Assembly (NCBI GenBank): GCA_002269645.1
Contig: NIVC01002202.1
Span: forward strand, 1 to 64,000
Source of the DNA: Macrostomum lignano
Taxonomy: Eukaryota
Direction of reading: 5' to 3'
DNA length: 64,000 nucleotides
Positions 34,735-47,371 of the stretch are shown here, one piece after another. A program made the position numbers and the translations under genes. The notes beneath the pieces are model-generated. The model saw nothing but the letters and a program-made list of their open reading frames with translations, was not told where the DNA came from and did no database searches. Position 1 is the stretch's first letter. Every line of letters starts with the position of its first letter.

Positions 34735-35400
34735 GGGGTTTTACTGGAAATTTTTGGGAAAAGTGGGGGTTTGGGTCAGGTTGGGAAAGTTTGGGGGGTT
34801 GGCCAGGGTATGAAAGTGGTGGGTTTACCAGGGTAAGAAAGTGTGGGGGTTGGCCGGAGTAAAAAAGTGTGGGGGTTCGGCCGGGATAAGAAAAGGTGGG
34901 GGGTCGGCCGGGGTAATAAAATGAGGGGGGTCGGCTGGGGTAATAAAATGGGGGGTTGGCCGGGGTAATAAAATGGGGGGTCGGCCGGGGTAAGAAAATG
35001 AGGGGGTCGGCCGGGATAATAAAATGGGGAGTTGGCCGGGGTAATAAAATGGGGGGTTTGGGTCAGGTTGGGAAAGTTTGGGGGGTTGGCCAGGGTATGA
35101 AAGTGGTGGGTTGGCCGGGGTAAAAAAGTGTGGGGGTTCGGCCGGGGTAAGAAAATGTGGGGGTCGGCCGAGGTAATAAAATGGGGGGTCGGCCGGGGTA
35201 AGAAAATGAGGGGGGTCGGCCGGGGTAATAAAATGGGGGGTTGGCCGGGGTAAGAAAATGGGGGGTCGGCCGGGGTAAGAAAATGTGGGGGTCGGCCGAG
35301 GTAATAAAATGAGGGGGGTCGGCCGGGGTAATAAAATGGGAGTTGGCCTGGGTAAGAAAGTGAATTGGTGGTTGGTCGGGGTAAGAAATGGGATTTGCGG
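34735..35400. repeat. G-rich minisatellite, about 25 bp GGCCGGGGTAATAAAATGGGGGGTC, related to 33205-33645
   Basis: Direct periodicity. Confidence 0.88.
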
Positions 35401-36276
35401 AGAAAAAATAATGCTCTTATCAGATGGATTAAGTATGAGTATCATAATTCTCGCCCACACCATGTGAGATTTATGCTTATTTCTTCATTCCCGAATTTTA
35501 TGCAACCCACAAGTGAGTTAAAGCAGCTAGACGAGTTCCTAAGCAGCTGGGTCGCGTAGGACTCTGGGCCATTCTCAATCATGCACAGTTCAATTTATCA
35601 TGTTAGTGTAGTTAGTAGTCATGCAATTTTTTGTTCCTTGTTAAAATTCCACGCATCGCTGGAAAAGGCTCGTTTAATTGGCAAAATAGAGAGAGAAAGA
35701 GACCGCCGAGTGGGAAGGGAAAACAAGATGAAGGCCAGTTATGTTGAGAGGCCTCAAAATGCTCCTAGCTATACCGCGGTTGTTCGTGCGCATCCATATT
35801 GATGACATAGACAAGCAGCTATGGGAATTACTATGAAATTTTGGGGCTGAGCTCCCCCCGCCTGTCAGAGGGGAGTTGCGTGACTTGCTGGCTCAGATTT
35901 TTGACCGTTTTCTTCACTAAGAGTAGATTTCGGAAAAGCCTCCATTGCTCTCTGAATTGGCGATTCTCCTGCTTCGCGTGTCGCCCCGGTCCCGTGCTTC
36001 GCTCTTACCTGTCATCTGCCGCTGTGACGTGCGATCCTTCGAATCTTGACTCAGCGAAAGCAGGGCATCAGTTCTCGTAATTGTGTTCCTGCATTGCTTG
36101 TCTTGCGGTTGTACGAGCGTAAAATGACAAACAATGCGTTATTAGCTATCTCGGGTGCGCGATCATCACTGCCTGGTCTGAAGCTCACAAAAAAGTACTT
36201 CGATCATTTTCCTCAGAAGAGTATACGAAACTTTGAACTAACTTGTTTTAGTGTGTAGTCGCTGCCTTACATCTTT

Positions 36277-36828
36277 AAGTAAGCACTGCGTCATCCTTCA
36301 GTAATCACTGCATCATCCTCAAGTAAGCACTGCGTCATCCTTCAGTAATCACTGCATCATCCTCAAGTAGGCACTGCGCCATCCTTCAGTAATCACTGCA
36401 TCATCATCCAGTAATCACTGCATCATCCTCAAGTAAGCAGCGCCATCCTTCAGTAATCACTGCATCATCCTCAAGTAAGCACTGCGCCATCCTTCAGTAA
36501 TCACTGCATCATCCTCAAGTAAGCACTGCGTCATCCTTCAGTAATCACTGCATCATCCTCAAGTAAGCACTGCGTCATCCTTCAGTAATCACTGCATCAT
36601 CCTCAAGTAAGCACTGCGTCATCCTTCAGTAAGCACTGCGTCATCCTTCAGTAAGCATTGCATCATCCTTCAGTAAGCACTGCATCATCCTTCAGTAAGC
36701 ACTGCGTCATCCTTCAGTAAGCATTGCATCATCCTTCAGTAAGCACTGCGTCATCCTTCAGTAAGCATTGCATCATCCTTCAGTAAGCACTGCGTCATCA
36801 TCCAGTAAGCATTGCATCATCCTTCAGT
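36277..36828. repeat. 21/22-bp satellite with dimeric (about 43 bp) organisation: CAGTAATCACTGCATCATCCT / CAAGTAAGCACTGCGTCATCCTT
   Basis: Two variants alternate in the first half, changing to monomers in the second half. Confidence 0.93.
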
Positions 36829-38103
36829 TAAGTGCCTCAAGTAAGCGTCTGTAAGCGCGTCAGTAAGTTTTAGTCAGTTCTATTCGAGTAAGCACTTCGT
36901 CATGCTTAATTATGTCAAGAATACAGGTAAGAAATGTACTTCAACACGATATTATCGCTGAAGACGTTTCGCCCCGGGGGTTTATCCACAGCCACAGTAC
37001 CTGTAACTGACGGCTCGGCGCATTTTTGTCTTCAATATCGAGCGGAAAATTATCTTATTACAGCCTATAGCTGTTGGGGGGGGGTTTACAAGACAACACT
37101 TTCACTTGATCCTCCTCCTCCTCCTTGGTGTGGCCGCATCTGTGAGCTGAGGCGGCTGGCTGGGTCTTGGCTGATCCGCATACCAGCAGCATCAATACCT
37201 CATCTCTCCCGTGTCTGTTTCTGCTTTGCTTTGCCTCTCTAATTAAGCATCAGCCGCCGGGGTCTGCTATACCTTATCCCTTGGCTCTGGGCATGCCGTG
37301 TTTACTTTGCAGTAAATCTCTGTTCCTTTTCTCATTCCCTATATGAGGATTATAGAGAATTCCGCTGGCTCCTAAATCTTCGCATTTCAACTTGATCGGC
37401 ACGGCTAATACGCCTGCCCCATCTGCGGGGATTAGCTTTTATTGCACTCAATGCTGTGCAATTCCAGCAGTACCTAATTACTCTTTCGTAGTAAAAACTG
37501 TTTGTCTAATGCTAGATCCCGAATGAGAACTGGATCCCGGTCTTTCGGGTGTCGAATTCCGCTGCTTGAGAGGGCAGCTGGTCACACCCACAAGCTGGGC
37601 ACTCTGCTTCAAGTCGCGTTCATTAGCGAACCTCTCAAAAGTACTTCGATTGGGGATCGGGCTAAATGAAAATGAAAATCCTTGAGGATCCGAACGGATT
37701 ATCTTATTCGATTTTCAAGTTGCCGCGCAAATGTCAAGACTGCACCGGCAGAGGCAGATAAACAACGAGGAAGTGACTTGCGGACACCCGACTGACTGAC
37801 TGGCTTTGGACTGCTTCAGCTTGACAGGGGCCGTCACAGCGGATTTGCCGATGCACACTCGAGTGTTGCGTCGAAGGCTTAGGCGAGTAATTATGAATAC
37901 ACAATTCTGAAGCCTGCGGCGGCTGCAGGGGATGACTTGGTATGAGGTTGCGCCTGTGGTTGATTTCCGGTCAGCATCCATCATCACCAACGCTATGCAT
38001 GCAACGGTGGAAATTTTTCTGCTGTTTGTGAATTTTTTCTTAGAGCAGAATATTTTTCCACCAGCTGTCCAAGCTTCAATGTAGAAAAGTTTCCTTTATC
38101 CCA

Positions 38104-38298
38104 TGAAGGCCAACCCCCGAGGCACAGAGGGTGCAAATGCCTGACGACTAGAAAGTCAGGGCCGCTGTACACCCTGTGTGAGCTGTGCATGAGTCCTCAG
38201 CGACATGGCCCCACAGCCAGCGCTGGCGGCAATTTCCGCCCATTCCGTTGACTCCTGAGTACATGCAAGCGCGTCAATACTGTGCGCAGGCACCACTC
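38104..38298 (+). mobile_element. Unclassified dispersed repeat, copy 3, with its 3' part (38195-38298) inverted; abuts the large satellite
   Basis: The head matches the copies at 11781 and 62487. The reverse complement of 38195-38298 contains cacagtattgacgcgc and cagcgctgg.tgtg, which the 11781 copy carries in forward orientation. Confidence 0.72.
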
Positions 38299-41200
38299 AG
38301 TCTGTAAACTGTCACTAGCACAGTCTGTAAACTTTTCGCTAGCACAGTCTGTAAACTGTCACTAGCACAGTCTGTAAACTGTCACTAGCACAGTCTGTAA
38401 ACTGTCGCTAGCACAGTCTGTAAACTGTCACTAGCACAGTCTGTAAACTGTCACTAGCACAGTCTGTAAACTGTCGCTAGCACAGTCTGTAAACTGTCAC
38501 TAGCACAGTCTGTAAACTGTTGCTAGCATAGTCTGTCACTAGCACAGTCTGTAAACTGTCACTAGCACAGTCTGTAAACTGTTCGCTAGCACAGTCTGTA
38601 AACTGTCACTAGCACAATCTGTCACTAGCACAGTCTGTAAACTGTCGCTAGCACAGTCTGTAAACTGTCACTAGCACAGTCTGTAAACTGTCACTAGCAC
38701 AGTCTGTAAACTGTCGCTAGCACAATCTGTCACTAGCACAGTCTGTAAACTGTCACTAGCACAGTCTGTAAACTGTCGCTAGCACAGTCTGTAAACTGTC
38801 ACTAGCACAGTCTGTAAACTGTCACTAGCACAGTCTGTAAACTGTCACTAGCACAGTCTGTAAACTGTCACTAGCACAGTCTGTAAACTGTCACTAGCAC
38901 AGTCTGTAAACTGTCACTAGCACAGTCTGTAAACTGTCACTAGCACAATCTGTAAACTGTTGCTAGCATAGTCTGTCACTAGCACAGTCTGTAAACTGTC
39001 ACTAATGCAGTCTGTAAACTGTCACTAGCACAGTCTGTAAACTGTCACTAGCACAGTCTGTAAACTGTCACTAGCACAGTCTGTAAACTGTCGCTAGCAC
39101 AGTCTGTAAACTGTCACTAGCACAGTCTGTAAACTGTTGCTAGCATAGTCTGTCACTAGCACAGTCTGTAAACTGTCACTAGCACAGTCTGTAAACTGTC
39201 ACTAGCACAGTCTGTAAACTGTTGCTAGCATAGTCCGTCACTAGCACAGTCTGTAAACTGTCACTAATGCAGTCTGTAAACTGTCACTAGCACAGTCTGT
39301 AAACTGTCACTAGCACAATCTGTACACTGTCGCTAGCACAATCTGTAAACTGTCACTAGCACAGTCTGTAAACTGTCGCTAGCACAGTCTGTAAACTGTC
39401 ACTAGCACAGTCTGTAAACTGTTGCTAGCATAGTCTGTCACTAGCACAGTCTGTAAACTGTCACTAGCACAGTCTGTAAACTGTTCGCTAGCACAGTCTG
39501 TAAACTGTCACTAGCACAATCTGTCACTAGCACAGTCTGTAAACTGTCGCTAGCACAGTCTGTCACTAGCACAGTCTGTAAACTGTCGCTAGCACAATCT
39601 GTCACTAGCACAGTCTGTAAACTGTCACTAGCACAATCTGTCACTAGCACAGTCTGTAAACTGTCGCTAGCACAATCTGTCACTAGCACAGTCTGTAAAC
39701 TGTCGCTAGCACAATCTGTCACTAGCACAGTCTGTAAATTGTCGCTAGCACAATCTGTCACTAGCACAGTCTGTAAACTGTCGCTAGCACAATCTGTCAC
39801 TAGCACAGTCTGTAAACTGTCGCTAGCACAATCTGTCACTAGCACAGTCTGTAAACTGTTCGCTAGCACAGTCTGTAAACTGTCACTAGCACAATCTGTC
39901 ACTAGCACAGTCTGTAAACTGTCGCTAGCACAGTCTGTAAACTGTCACTAGCACAATCTGTCACTAGCACAGTCTGTAAACTGTCACTAGCACAGTCTGT
40001 AAACTGTTGCTAGCATAGTCTGTCACTAGCACAGTCTGTAAACTGTCACTAATGCAGTCTGTAAACTGTCACTAGCACAGTCTGTAAACTGTCACTAGCA
40101 CAGTCTGTAAACTGACGCTAGCACAGTCTGTAAACTGTCACTAGCACAGTCTGTAAACTGTTGCTAGCATAGTCTGTCACTAGCACAGTCTGTAAACTGT
40201 CACTAGCACAATCTGTACACTGTCGCTAGCACAATCTGTAAACTGTCACTAGCACAGTCTGTAAACTGTCGCTAGCACGGTCTGTAAACTGTCACTAGCA
40301 CAGTCTGTAAACTGTTGCTAGCATAGTCTGTCACTAGCACAGTCTGTAAACTGTCACTAGCACAGTCTGTAAACTGTTCGCTAGCACAGTCTGTAAACTG
40401 TCACTAGCACAATCTGTCACTAGCACAGTCTGTAAACTGTCGCTAGCACAGTCTGTAAACTGTCACTAGCACAGTCTGTAAACTGTCACTAGCACAGTCT
40501 GTAAACTGTCGCTAGCACAATCTGTCACTAGCACAGTCTGTAAACTGTCGCTAGCACAATCTGTCACTAGCACAGTCTGTAAACTGTCGCTAGCACAATC
40601 TGTCACTAGCACAGTCTGTAAACTGTTGCTAGCACAATCTGTCACTAGCACAGTCTGTAAACTGTCGCTAGCACAATCTGTCACTAGCACAGTCTGTAAA
40701 CTGTTCGCTAGCACAGTCTGTAAACTGTCACTAGCACAATCTGTCACTAGCACAGTCTGTAAACTGTTCGCTAGCACAGTCTGTAAACTGTCGCTAGCAC
40801 AATCTGTCACTAGCACAGTCTGTAAACTGTCGCTAGCACAGTCTGTAAACTGTCACTAGCACAATCTGTCACTAGCACAGTCTGTAAACTGTCGCTAGCA
40901 CAATGTGTCAATAGCATACCACAGTCTGTAAACTGTCGCTAGCACAATCTGTCACTAGCACAGTCTGTAAACTGTCGCTAGCACAATCTGTCACTAGCAC
41001 AGTCTGTAAACTGTTGCTAGCATAGTCTGTCACTAGCACAGTCTGTAAACTGTCACTAGCACAATCTGTACACTGTCGCTAGCACAATCTGTAAACTGTC
41101 ACTAGCACAGTCTGTAAACTGTCGCTAGCACAGTCTGTAAACTGTCACTAGCACAGTCTGTAAACTGTTGCTAGCATAGTCTGTCACTAGCACAGTCTGT

Positions 41201-44200
41201 AAACTGTCACTAGCACAGTCTGTAAACTGTTCGCTAGCACAGTCTGTAAACTGTCACTAGCACAATCTGTCACTAGCACAGTCTGTAAACTGTCGCTAGC
41301 ACAGTCTGTCACTAGCACAGTCTGTAAACTGTCGCTAGCACAATCTGTCACTAGCACAGTCTGTAAACTGTCACTAGCACAATCTGTCACTAGCACAGTC
41401 TGTAAACTGTCGCTAGCACAATCTGTCACTAGCACAGTCTGTAAACTGTCGCTAGCACAATCTGTCACTAGCACAGTCTGTAAACTGTCGCTAGCACAAT
41501 CTGTCACTAGCACAGTCTGTAAACTGTCGCTAGCACAATCTGTCACTAGCACAGTCTGTAAACTGTCGCTAGCACAATCTGTCACTAGCACAGTCTGTAA
41601 ACTGTTCGCTAGCACAGTCTGTAAACTGTCACTAGCACAATCTGTCACTAGCACAGTCTGTAAACTGTCGCTAGCACAGTCTGTAAACTGTCACTAGCAC
41701 AATCTGTCACTAGCACAGTCTGTAAACTGTCACTAGCACAGTCTGTAAACTGTTGCTAGCATAGTCTGTCACTAGCACAGTCTGTAAACTGTCACTAGCA
41801 CAGTCTGTAAACTGTTCGCTAGCACAGTCTGTAAACTGTCGCTAGCACAATCTGTCACTAGCACAGTCTGTAAACTGTCGCTAGCACAGTCTGTAAACTG
41901 TCACTAGCACAGTCTGTAAACTGTCACTAGCACAGTCTGTAAACTGTCGCTAGCACAATCTGTCACTAGCACAGTCTGTAAACTGTCACTAGCACAGTCT
42001 GTAAACTGTCGCTAGCACAGTCTGTAAACTGTCACTAGCACAGTCTGTAAACTGTCACTAGCACAGTCTGTAAACTGTCACTAGCACAGTCTGTAAACTG
42101 TCACTAGCACAGTCTGTAAACTGTCACTAGCACAGTCTGTAAACTGTCACTAGCACAGTCTGTAAACTGTCACTAGCACAATCTGTAAACTGTTGCTAGC
42201 ATAGTCTGTCACTAGCACAGTCTGTAAACTGTCACTAATGCAGTCTGTAAACTGTCACTAGCACAGTCTGTAAACTGTCACTAGCACAGTCTGTAAACTG
42301 TCACTAGCACAGTCTGTAAACTGTCGCTAGCACAGTCTGTAAACTGTCACTAGCACAGTCTGTAAACTGTTGCTAGCATAGTCTGTCACTAGCACAGTCT
42401 GTAAACTGTCACTAGCACAGTCTGTAAACTGTCACTAGCACAGTCTGTAAACTGTTGCTAGCATAGTCTGTCACTAGCACAGTCTGTAAACTGTCACTAA
42501 TGCAGTCTGTAAACTGTCACTAGCACAGTCTGTAAACTGTCACTAGCACAGTCTGTAAACTGTCGCTAGCACAATCTGTCACTAGCACAGTCTGTAAACT
42601 GTCACTAGCACAGTCTGTAAACTGTCGCTAGCACAGTCTGTAAACTGTCACTAGCACAGTCTGTAAACTGTCACTAGCACAGTCTGTAAACTGTCACTAG
42701 CACAGTCTGTAAACTGTCACTAGCACAGTCTGTAAACTGTCACTAGCACAGTCTGTAAACTGTCACTAGCACAGTCTGTAAACTGTCACTAGCACAATCT
42801 GTAAACTGTTGCTAGCATAGTCTGTCACTAGCACAGTCTGTAAACTGTCACTAATGCAGTCTGTAAACTGTCACTAGCACAGTCTGTAAAATGTCACTAG
42901 CACAGTCTGTAAACTGTCACTAGCACAGTCTGTAAACTGTCGCTAGCACAGTCTGTAAACTGTCACTAGCACAGTCTGTAAACTGTTGCTAGCATAGTCT
43001 GTCACTAGCACAGTCTGTAAACTGTCACTAGCACAGTCTGTAAACTGTCACTAGCACAGTCTGTAAACTGTTGCTAGCATAGTCTGTCACTAGCACAGTC
43101 TGTAAACTGTCACTAATGCAGTCTGTAAACTGTCACTAGCACAGTCTGTAAACTGTCACTAGCACAATCTGTACACTGTCGCTAGCACAATCTGTAAACT
43201 GTCACTAGCACAGTCTGTAAACTGTCGCTAGCACAGTCTGTAAACTGTCACTAGCACAGTCTGTAAACTGTTGCTAGCATAGTCTGTCACTAGCACAGTC
43301 TGTAAACTGTCACTAGCACAGTCTGTAAACTGTTCGCTAGCACAGTCTGTAAACTGTCACTAGCACAATCTGTCACTAGCACAGTCTGTAAACTGTCGCT
43401 AGCACAGTCTGTAAACTGTCACTAGCACAGTCTGTAAACTGTCACTAGCACAGTCTGTAAACTGTCGCTAGCACAATCTGTCACTAGCACAGTCTGTAAA
43501 CTGTCGCTAGCACAATCTGTCACTAGCACAGTCTGTAAACTGTCGCTAGCACAATCTGTCACTAGCACAGTCTGTAAACTGTTGCTAGCACAATCTGTCA
43601 CTAGCACAGGCTGTAAACTGTCGCTAGCACAATCTGTCACTAGCACAGTCTGTAAACTGTTCGCTAGCACAGTCTGTAAACTGTCACTAGCACAATCTGT
43701 CACTAGCACAGTCTGTAAACTGTTCGCTAGCACAGTCTGTAAACTGTCGCTAGCACAATCTGTCACTAGCACAGTCTGTAAACTGTCGCTAGCACAGTCT
43801 GTAAACTGTCACTAGCACAATCTGTCACTAGCACAGTCTGTAAACTGTCGCTAGCACAATGTGTCAATAGCACAGTCTGTAAACTGTCGCTAGCACAATC
43901 TGTCACTAGCACAGTCTGTAAACTGTCGCTAGCACAATCTGTCACTAGCACAGTCTGTAAACTGTTGCTAGCATAGTCTGTCACTAGCACAGTCTGTAAA
44001 CTGTCACTAGCACAATCTGTACACTGTCGCTAGCACAATCTGTAAACTGTCACTAGCACAGTCTGTAAACTGTCGCTAGCACAGTCTGTAAACTGTCACT
44101 AGCACAGTCTGTAAACTGTTGCTAGCATAGTCTGTCACTAGCACAGTCTGTAAACTGTCACTAGCACAGTCTGTAAACTGTTCGCTAGCACAGTCTGTAA

Positions 44201-46905
44201 ACTGTCACTAGCACAATCTGTCACTAGCACAGTCTGTAAACTGTCGCTAGCACAGTCTGTCACTAGCACAGTCTGTAAACTGTCGCTAGCACAATCTGTC
44301 ACTAGCACAGTCTGTAAACTGTCGCTAGCACAATCTGTCACTAGCACAGTCTGTAAACTGTCGCTAGCACAATCTGTCACTAGCACAGTCTGTAAACTGT
44401 CGCTAGCACAATCTGTCACTAGCACAGTCTGTAAACTGTCGCTAGCACAATCTGTCACTAGCACAGTCTGTAAACTGTCGCTAGCACAATCTGTCACTAG
44501 CACAGTCTGTAAACTGTTCGCTAGCACAGTCTGTAAACTGTCACTAGCACAATCTGTCACTAGCACAGTCTGTAAACTGTCGCTAGCACAGTCTGTAAAC
44601 TGTCACTAGCACAATCTGTCACTAGCACAGTCTGTAAACTGTCACTAGCACAGTCTGTAAACTGTTGCTAGCATAGTCTGTCACTAGCACAGTCTGTAAA
44701 CTGTCACTAATGCAGTCTGTAAACTGTCACTAGCACAGTCTGTAAACTGTCACTAGCACAGTCTGTAAACTGACGCTAGCACAGTCTGTAAACTGTCACT
44801 AGCACAGTCTGTAAACTGTTGCTAGCATAGTCTGTCACTAGCACAGTCTGTAAACTGTCACTAGCACAATCTGTACACTGTCGCTAGCACAATCTGTAAA
44901 CTGTCACTAGCACAGTCTGTAAACTGTCGCTAGCACGGTCTGTAAACTGTCACTAGCACAATCTGTCACTAGCACAGTCTGTAAACTGTCACTAGCACAG
45001 TCTGTAAACTGTTGCTAGCATAGTCTGTCACTAGCACAGTCTGTAAACTGTTGCTAGCATAGTCTGTCACTAGCACAGTCTGTAAACTGTCACTAGCACA
45101 ATCTGTACACTGTCGCTAGCACAATCTGTAAACTGTCACTAGCACAGTCTGTAAACTGTCGCTAGCACGGTCTGTAAACTGTCACTAGCACAATCTGTCA
45201 CTAGCACAGTCTGTAAACTGTCACTAGCACAGTCTGTAAACTGTCGCTAGCATAGTCTGTCACTAGCACAGTCTGTAAACTGTCACTAATGCAGTCTGTA
45301 AACTGTCACTAGCACAGTCTGTAAACTGTCACTAGCACAGTCTGTAAACTGTCGCTAGCACAGTCTGTAAACTGTCACTAGCACAGTCTGTAAACTGTTG
45401 CTAGCATAGTCTGTCACTAGCACAGTCTGTAAACTGTCACTAGCACAGTCTGTAAACTGTTCGCTAGCACAGTCTGTAAACTGTCACTAGCACAATCTGT
45501 CACTAGCACAGTCTGTAAACTGTCGCTAGCACAGTCTGTAAACTGTCGCTAGCACAATCTGTCACTAGCACAGTCTGTAAACTGTCGCTAGCACAATCTG
45601 TCACTAGCACAGTCTGTAAACTGTTGCTAGCACAATCTGTCACTAGCACAGTCTGTAAACTGTCGCTAGCACAATCTGTCACTAGCACAGTCTGTAAACT
45701 GTTCGCTAGCACAGTCTGTAAACTGTCACTAGCACAATCTGTCACTAGCACAGTCTGTAAACTGTCACTAGCACAGTCTGTAAACTGTCACTAGCACAGT
45801 CTGTAAACTGACGCTAGCACAGTCTGTAAACTGTCACTAGCACAGTCTGTAAACTGTTGCTAGCATAGTCTGTCACTAGCACAGTCTGTAAACTGTCACT
45901 AGCACAATCTGTACACTGTCGCTAGCACAATCTGTAAACTGTCACTAGCACAGTCTGTAAACTGTCGCTAGCACAGTCTGTAAACTGTCACTAGCACAGT
46001 CTGTAAACTGTTGCTAGCATAGTCTGTCACTAGCACAGTCTGTAAACTGTCACTAGCACAGTCTGTAAACTGTTGCTAGCACAATCTGTCACTAGCACAG
46101 TCTGTAAACTGTCGCTAGCACAATCTGTCACTAGCACAGTCTGTAAACTGTTCGCTAGCACAGTCTGTAAACTGTCGCTAGCACAATCTGTCACTAGCAC
46201 AGTCTGTAAACTGTCGCTAGCACAGTCTGTAAACTGTCACTAGCACAATCTGTCACTAGCACAGTCTGTAAACTGTCGCTAGCACAATGTGTCAATAGCA
46301 CAGTCTGTAAACTGTCGCTAGCACAATCTGTCACTAGCACAGTCTGTAAACTGTCGCTAGCACAATCTGTCACTAGCACAGTCTGTAAACTGTTCGCTAG
46401 CACAGTCTGTAAACTGTTCGCTAGCACAGTCTGTAAACTGTCACTAGCACAATCTTTCACTAGCACAGTCTGTAAACTGTCGCTAGCACAGTCTGTAAAC
46501 TGTCACTAGCGCAGTCTGTAAACTGTCACTAATGCAGTCTGTAAACTGTCGCTAGCACAATCTGTCACTAGCACAGTCTGTAAACTGTCGCTAGCACAAT
46601 CTGTCACTAGCACAGTCTGTAAACTGTTGCTAGCACAATCTGTCACTAGCACAGTCTGTAAACTGTCACTAGCGCAGTCTGTAAACTGTCACTAATGCAG
46701 TCTGTAAACTGTCGCTAGCACAATCTGTCACTAGCACAGTCTGTAAACTGTCGCTAGCACAATCTGTCACTAGCACAGTCTGTAAACTGTTGCTAGCACA
46801 ATCTGTCACTAGCACAGTCTGTAAACTGTCACTGGCACAGTCTGTGTCATTAGAGCAGTCTGTGTCATTAGCGTAGTCTGTAAACTGTAATTAGCGCAGT
46901 CTTTA
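38298..46905 (+). repeat. 8.6-kb satellite, 23-bp unit CAGTCTGTAAACTGTCACTAGCA interleaved with 16-bp (CAATCTGTCACTAGCA) and 24-bp variants
   Basis: Continuous tandem periodicity; the 39-bp (23+16) dimer explains the SLQTVLVTDCASD ORFs. Confidence 0.98.
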
Positions 46906-47371
46906 AACTGTTTTAATTGCAGTGCTACTAAAATGATTGCTTTTAGTAAGCCAAAAATTACCAAAAAATTCATTCTACTAAGGTATTGAATACGCGTACT
47001 TCAACAGTATCCAGCATATTTATGCTCAGCATAAATAAATCCCAAGCATTCTTAGAAAAGAATTAATTTTTCTAATTGGAATTTTTCAATTTTCTGAAGA
47101 GATTAGACAGCAGTGAAGGAGCGACTATATATAAGACTACAGTTAAATTCTATACTAACTATATGAAAAATAATTGAAAGCTACTCAAAACTGAGCTCTC
47201 TGAGTGCGGCTCTCCAACTGGGAGTCGTCAGCGTCAAAATAGCGGAGGCAAAGCTCAGCTGTCAGTGTTGGCTTTGAGTCTTCTATTGTTGGCTGTGGAC
47301 TGCGGTGTGCTCACGATTTCTGAGAAATCTATCATCATATGGAGGGAAATCATTTCCTTTGGGATTGTTTT

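Noticed and set aside
37715-37990. Possible LINE RT remnant (CVFI...KAFD-like after frameshifts)
   Set aside because: Needs several assumed frameshifts; too weak without a translated search.
39441-46466. Repetitive ORFs (SLQTVLVTDCASD)n, plus similar ORFs at 352-944, 18159-20060, 31209-32527, 34825-35463, 53670-54498 and 61100-61703
   Set aside because: They are translations of tandem repeats that lack stops in some frames; no splice or start context supports them.
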